A stretch of 64,000 nucleotides of DNA from Squalus acanthias (Eukaryota). Position 1 is the stretch's first letter. Every line of letters begins with the position of its first letter. The stretch lies in contig CM059438.1 of the NCBI GenBank assembly GCA_030390025.1, positions 60,452,001 to 60,516,000 of the forward strand. The letters are read 5' to 3'. A program made the translations under genes and the position numbers. Of this stretch, positions 61,225 through 64,000 are shown one piece after another. Under the pieces are notes generated by a model that saw nothing but the letters and a program-made list of their open reading frames with translations, did no database searches and had not been told where the DNA came from.

Positions 61225-63182
61225 AAACATAGTGAGAGAGGAAGTATTAAGGGGTTTAGCATCTTTGAAAGTGGATAAATCCCCAGGCCCGAACGAAATA
61301 TATTCCAGGCTGTTAAGAGAAGTAAGGGAGGAAATAATGGAAGCTCTGACCATCATTTTCCAATCCTCTCTGGCTACAGGTGTGGTGCCGGAGGACTGGA
61401 GGACTGCTAACGTTGTACCATTGTTTAAAAAGGGAGAAAGGGATAGACTGAGTAACTACAGGCCAGTCAGACTAACTTCAATGGTGGGAAAATTGTTGAA
61501 AAAAATTCTGAGGAACAGTATTAATCGTCATTTAGAAAGGCACGGATTAATCAAGGACAGTCTGCATGGATTTGTTAAGGGAAGGTCGTGTCTGACTAAC
61601 TTGATTTAATTTTTTGAGGAGGTAACAAGGAGGGTCGATGAGGGTAGTGCATTTGATGCAGTTTACATGGATTTTAGCAAGGCTTTTGACAAGATCCCAC
61701 ATGACAGACTGGTCAGAAAAGTAAAAGCTCATGGGATCCAAGGGAAAGTGACAAGTTGGATCCAAAATTGGCTCAGTGGCAGGAAGCAAAGGGTAATGGC
61801 TCAGTACTAGGTCCCTTGCTTTTTGTAGTATACATTAATGATTTAGACATCAATATAGGGGCCATAATTAAGAAGTTTGCAGATAATACAAAAATTGGCT
61901 GTGGTTGATCGTGAGGATGATAGCTGTAGACTGCAGGAAGATATCAGGTGGTCAGGTGGGCAGAAAAGTGGCAAATGGAATTAAATTCGGAGAAGTGTGA
62001 GGTAATGCATTTGGGGAGGACTAACAAGGCAAGGGAATACACTATAAACGGTCGGACACTGAGAAGTGTAGAGGAACAGAGGGACCACAGATCCCTGAAC
62101 CTAGCAGGACAGCTAGATAAGGTGGTTAAGAAGGCATATGGGATACTTTCCTTAATTAGCCAAGGCATAGAATATAAGAGCAGAGAGGTTATGCTTGAAC
62201 TGTATAAAACACTCGTTAGGCCACAGTTAGAGTACTGTGTACAGTTCTGGTCACCACATGACAGGACCACATTACAGGAAAGATGTGATTGCACTAAAGA
62301 GGGTACAGAGGAGATTTACGAGGATGTTGCCTGGACTGGAGAATTTTAGCTACGAGGAAAGATTGGATAGGCTGGGGTTGTTTTCTTTGGAACAGAGGAG
62401 GCTAAGGGGAGACTTGATTGAGGTGTATAATATTATGAGGGGACTAGATAGAGTGGATAGGAAGGGCCTATTTCCCTGTGGTCAATAATCAGGGGGCATA
62501 GATTTAAAGTAATTAGTAGAAGGATTAGAGGGGAGTTGAGGAGAACTTTTTTCACCCAGAAGGTGGTGGGGGTCTGGAACTCACTGCCTGAAAGGGTGGT
62601 AGAGGCAGAAAAGTACTTGGATATGTACTTGAAGAGCTGTAACCTACAGAGCTACGGACCAAGAGCTGGGAAGTGGGATTACGCTGGATACTCTTTCGGC
62701 CGGCACAGACACAATGGGCCGAATGACCTCTTTCTGTGCCGTAAATTTCTATGATTCTATGTGGTTTGTGTGAAGAATACAATTTGGGTGGAGAGAACCA
62801 AGATCCAAGAGATTTTGAAGCAAAGAAAATTAATAGAGTAAATAAGGAGAAATTGTTTCCAGTGGCTGAAGGGTCGATAACCAGAGGACACAGATTTAAG
62901 GTGATTGGCAAAAGAACCAGAGGCGACACGAGGAGAAACCTATTTACGCAACAAGTGGCTAGAATTTGGAATGCACTGCCTGATAGGGTGGTGGAAAGAG
63001 ATTCAATAGTAGCCTCCAAAAGGGAATTAGATAAATACTTGAAGGAGAAACATTTGCAGGGATATGGGGAAAGAGCGGGAGAGTGGGACTAACTGGATGC
63101 TCTTCAAAAGATCCGACGCAGACTCGACAGGCCGAATGGCCTCCTTCTGTGCTGTAATATTCTATTGTTCTATGATTCTATA
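61225..63182 (+). mobile_element. Decayed CR1 (61225-62762) plus a second CR1 3' end (62830-63182)
   Basis: VDKSPGP, NYRPV, HGFVKGRSCLTNL, LVRPQLEYC, RRLRGDLIEVY; two ATTCTATG tails. Confidence 0.92.
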
Positions 63183-63287
63183 AATGAAAGTCAATGACCA
63201 TTCCTCTACGTTCCCAACATTAGTGGCCGAAGTTATCACTTTTCTGGGTTTAATGGTAATCCTGGGTGTTTTGGTTTGTTTTCCAGT

Positions 63288-63752
63288 GTCAGCCCTGGCT
63301 CATTTGGTACCACTCTTGCCTGTGAGTCAGAAGGTGACTTTCTTACTTTCTTTCTAGAAGGTTGTGGGCACAATACCTAGGTTGACACTCCAGTGCAGTG
63401 CTGAGGGAGTGCTGCACTGTCGGAGGTGCCGTCTTTCGGATGAGACGTTAAACCAAGGCCCCGTCTGCTCTCTCAGGTGGACGTAAAAGATCCCATGGCA
63501 CTATTCAAAGAAGAGCAGGGGAGTTATCCCCGGTGTCCTGGCCAATATTTATCCCTCAATCAACATCACTAAAAACAGATTATCTGGTCATTATCATATT
63601 GCTGTTTGTGGGACCTTGCTGTGCATAAATTGGCTGCTGCGTTTCCCACGTTACAACAGTGACTACACTCCAAAAGTACTTCATTGGCTGTAAAGCGCTT
63701 TGGGATGTCCTGAGGTCGTGAAAGGCACTAAATAAATGCAAGTCTTTGTTTT
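63288..63752 (+). mobile_element. Full-length Deu-domain SINE
   Basis: Head GGCTCATTTGGTACCACTCTTGCC…, core and tail as at 51400-51850. Confidence 0.9.
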
Positions 63753-64000
63753 CTTACGCACACACACTTAGAGATACACACGTTCTTATTTAATTTTGCT
63801 TGCCAAGTTTACACCAGTTGCTTAGCAGCGTAACAAACAAGCTGCAGTTTGTAACTTTGGAAAATATTTGCAACGAGTTTCCTTTCTTTGTCTTCAATGC
63901 CCTCTCTTTTAGCATTATGTCTGACATGTCATAAACACAGTGTGTGTACAGAATAGCCTCAAGGAACCTTTATTTAACCTAATTGCTTCTGATATTTGCT

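Overview
Eukaryotic, repeat-dominated vertebrate DNA, most likely a cartilaginous fish (shark/ray), inferred from the mix of CR1, L2, RTE and Penelope-like retroelements and many copies of a Deu-domain SINE. Only one intact host gene is supported: a single-coding-exon RING-HC E3 ligase with a C-terminal membrane anchor (RNF223/RNF183/RNF225 family, minus strand, 37446-38000). The rest is nested mobile DNA. (i) A full-length but mutated two-gene PIF/Harbinger transposon (8881-15080) with a family of related MITEs. (ii) A 39-bp tandem array split by a 1.6-kb solo LTR. (iii) A 44/34-bp GATA-rich minisatellite. (iv) An RTE LINE flanked by a 137-bp direct duplication, which itself carries an intronless NATD1-like retrocopy ending in a CR1 3' tail instead of poly(A). 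(v) A relic second copy of the RING gene's upstream region. (vi) A four-level SINE>CR1>CR1>MITE nest. Boundaries of old repeats are approximate (read by eye); family names come from motif recognition, not database searches.
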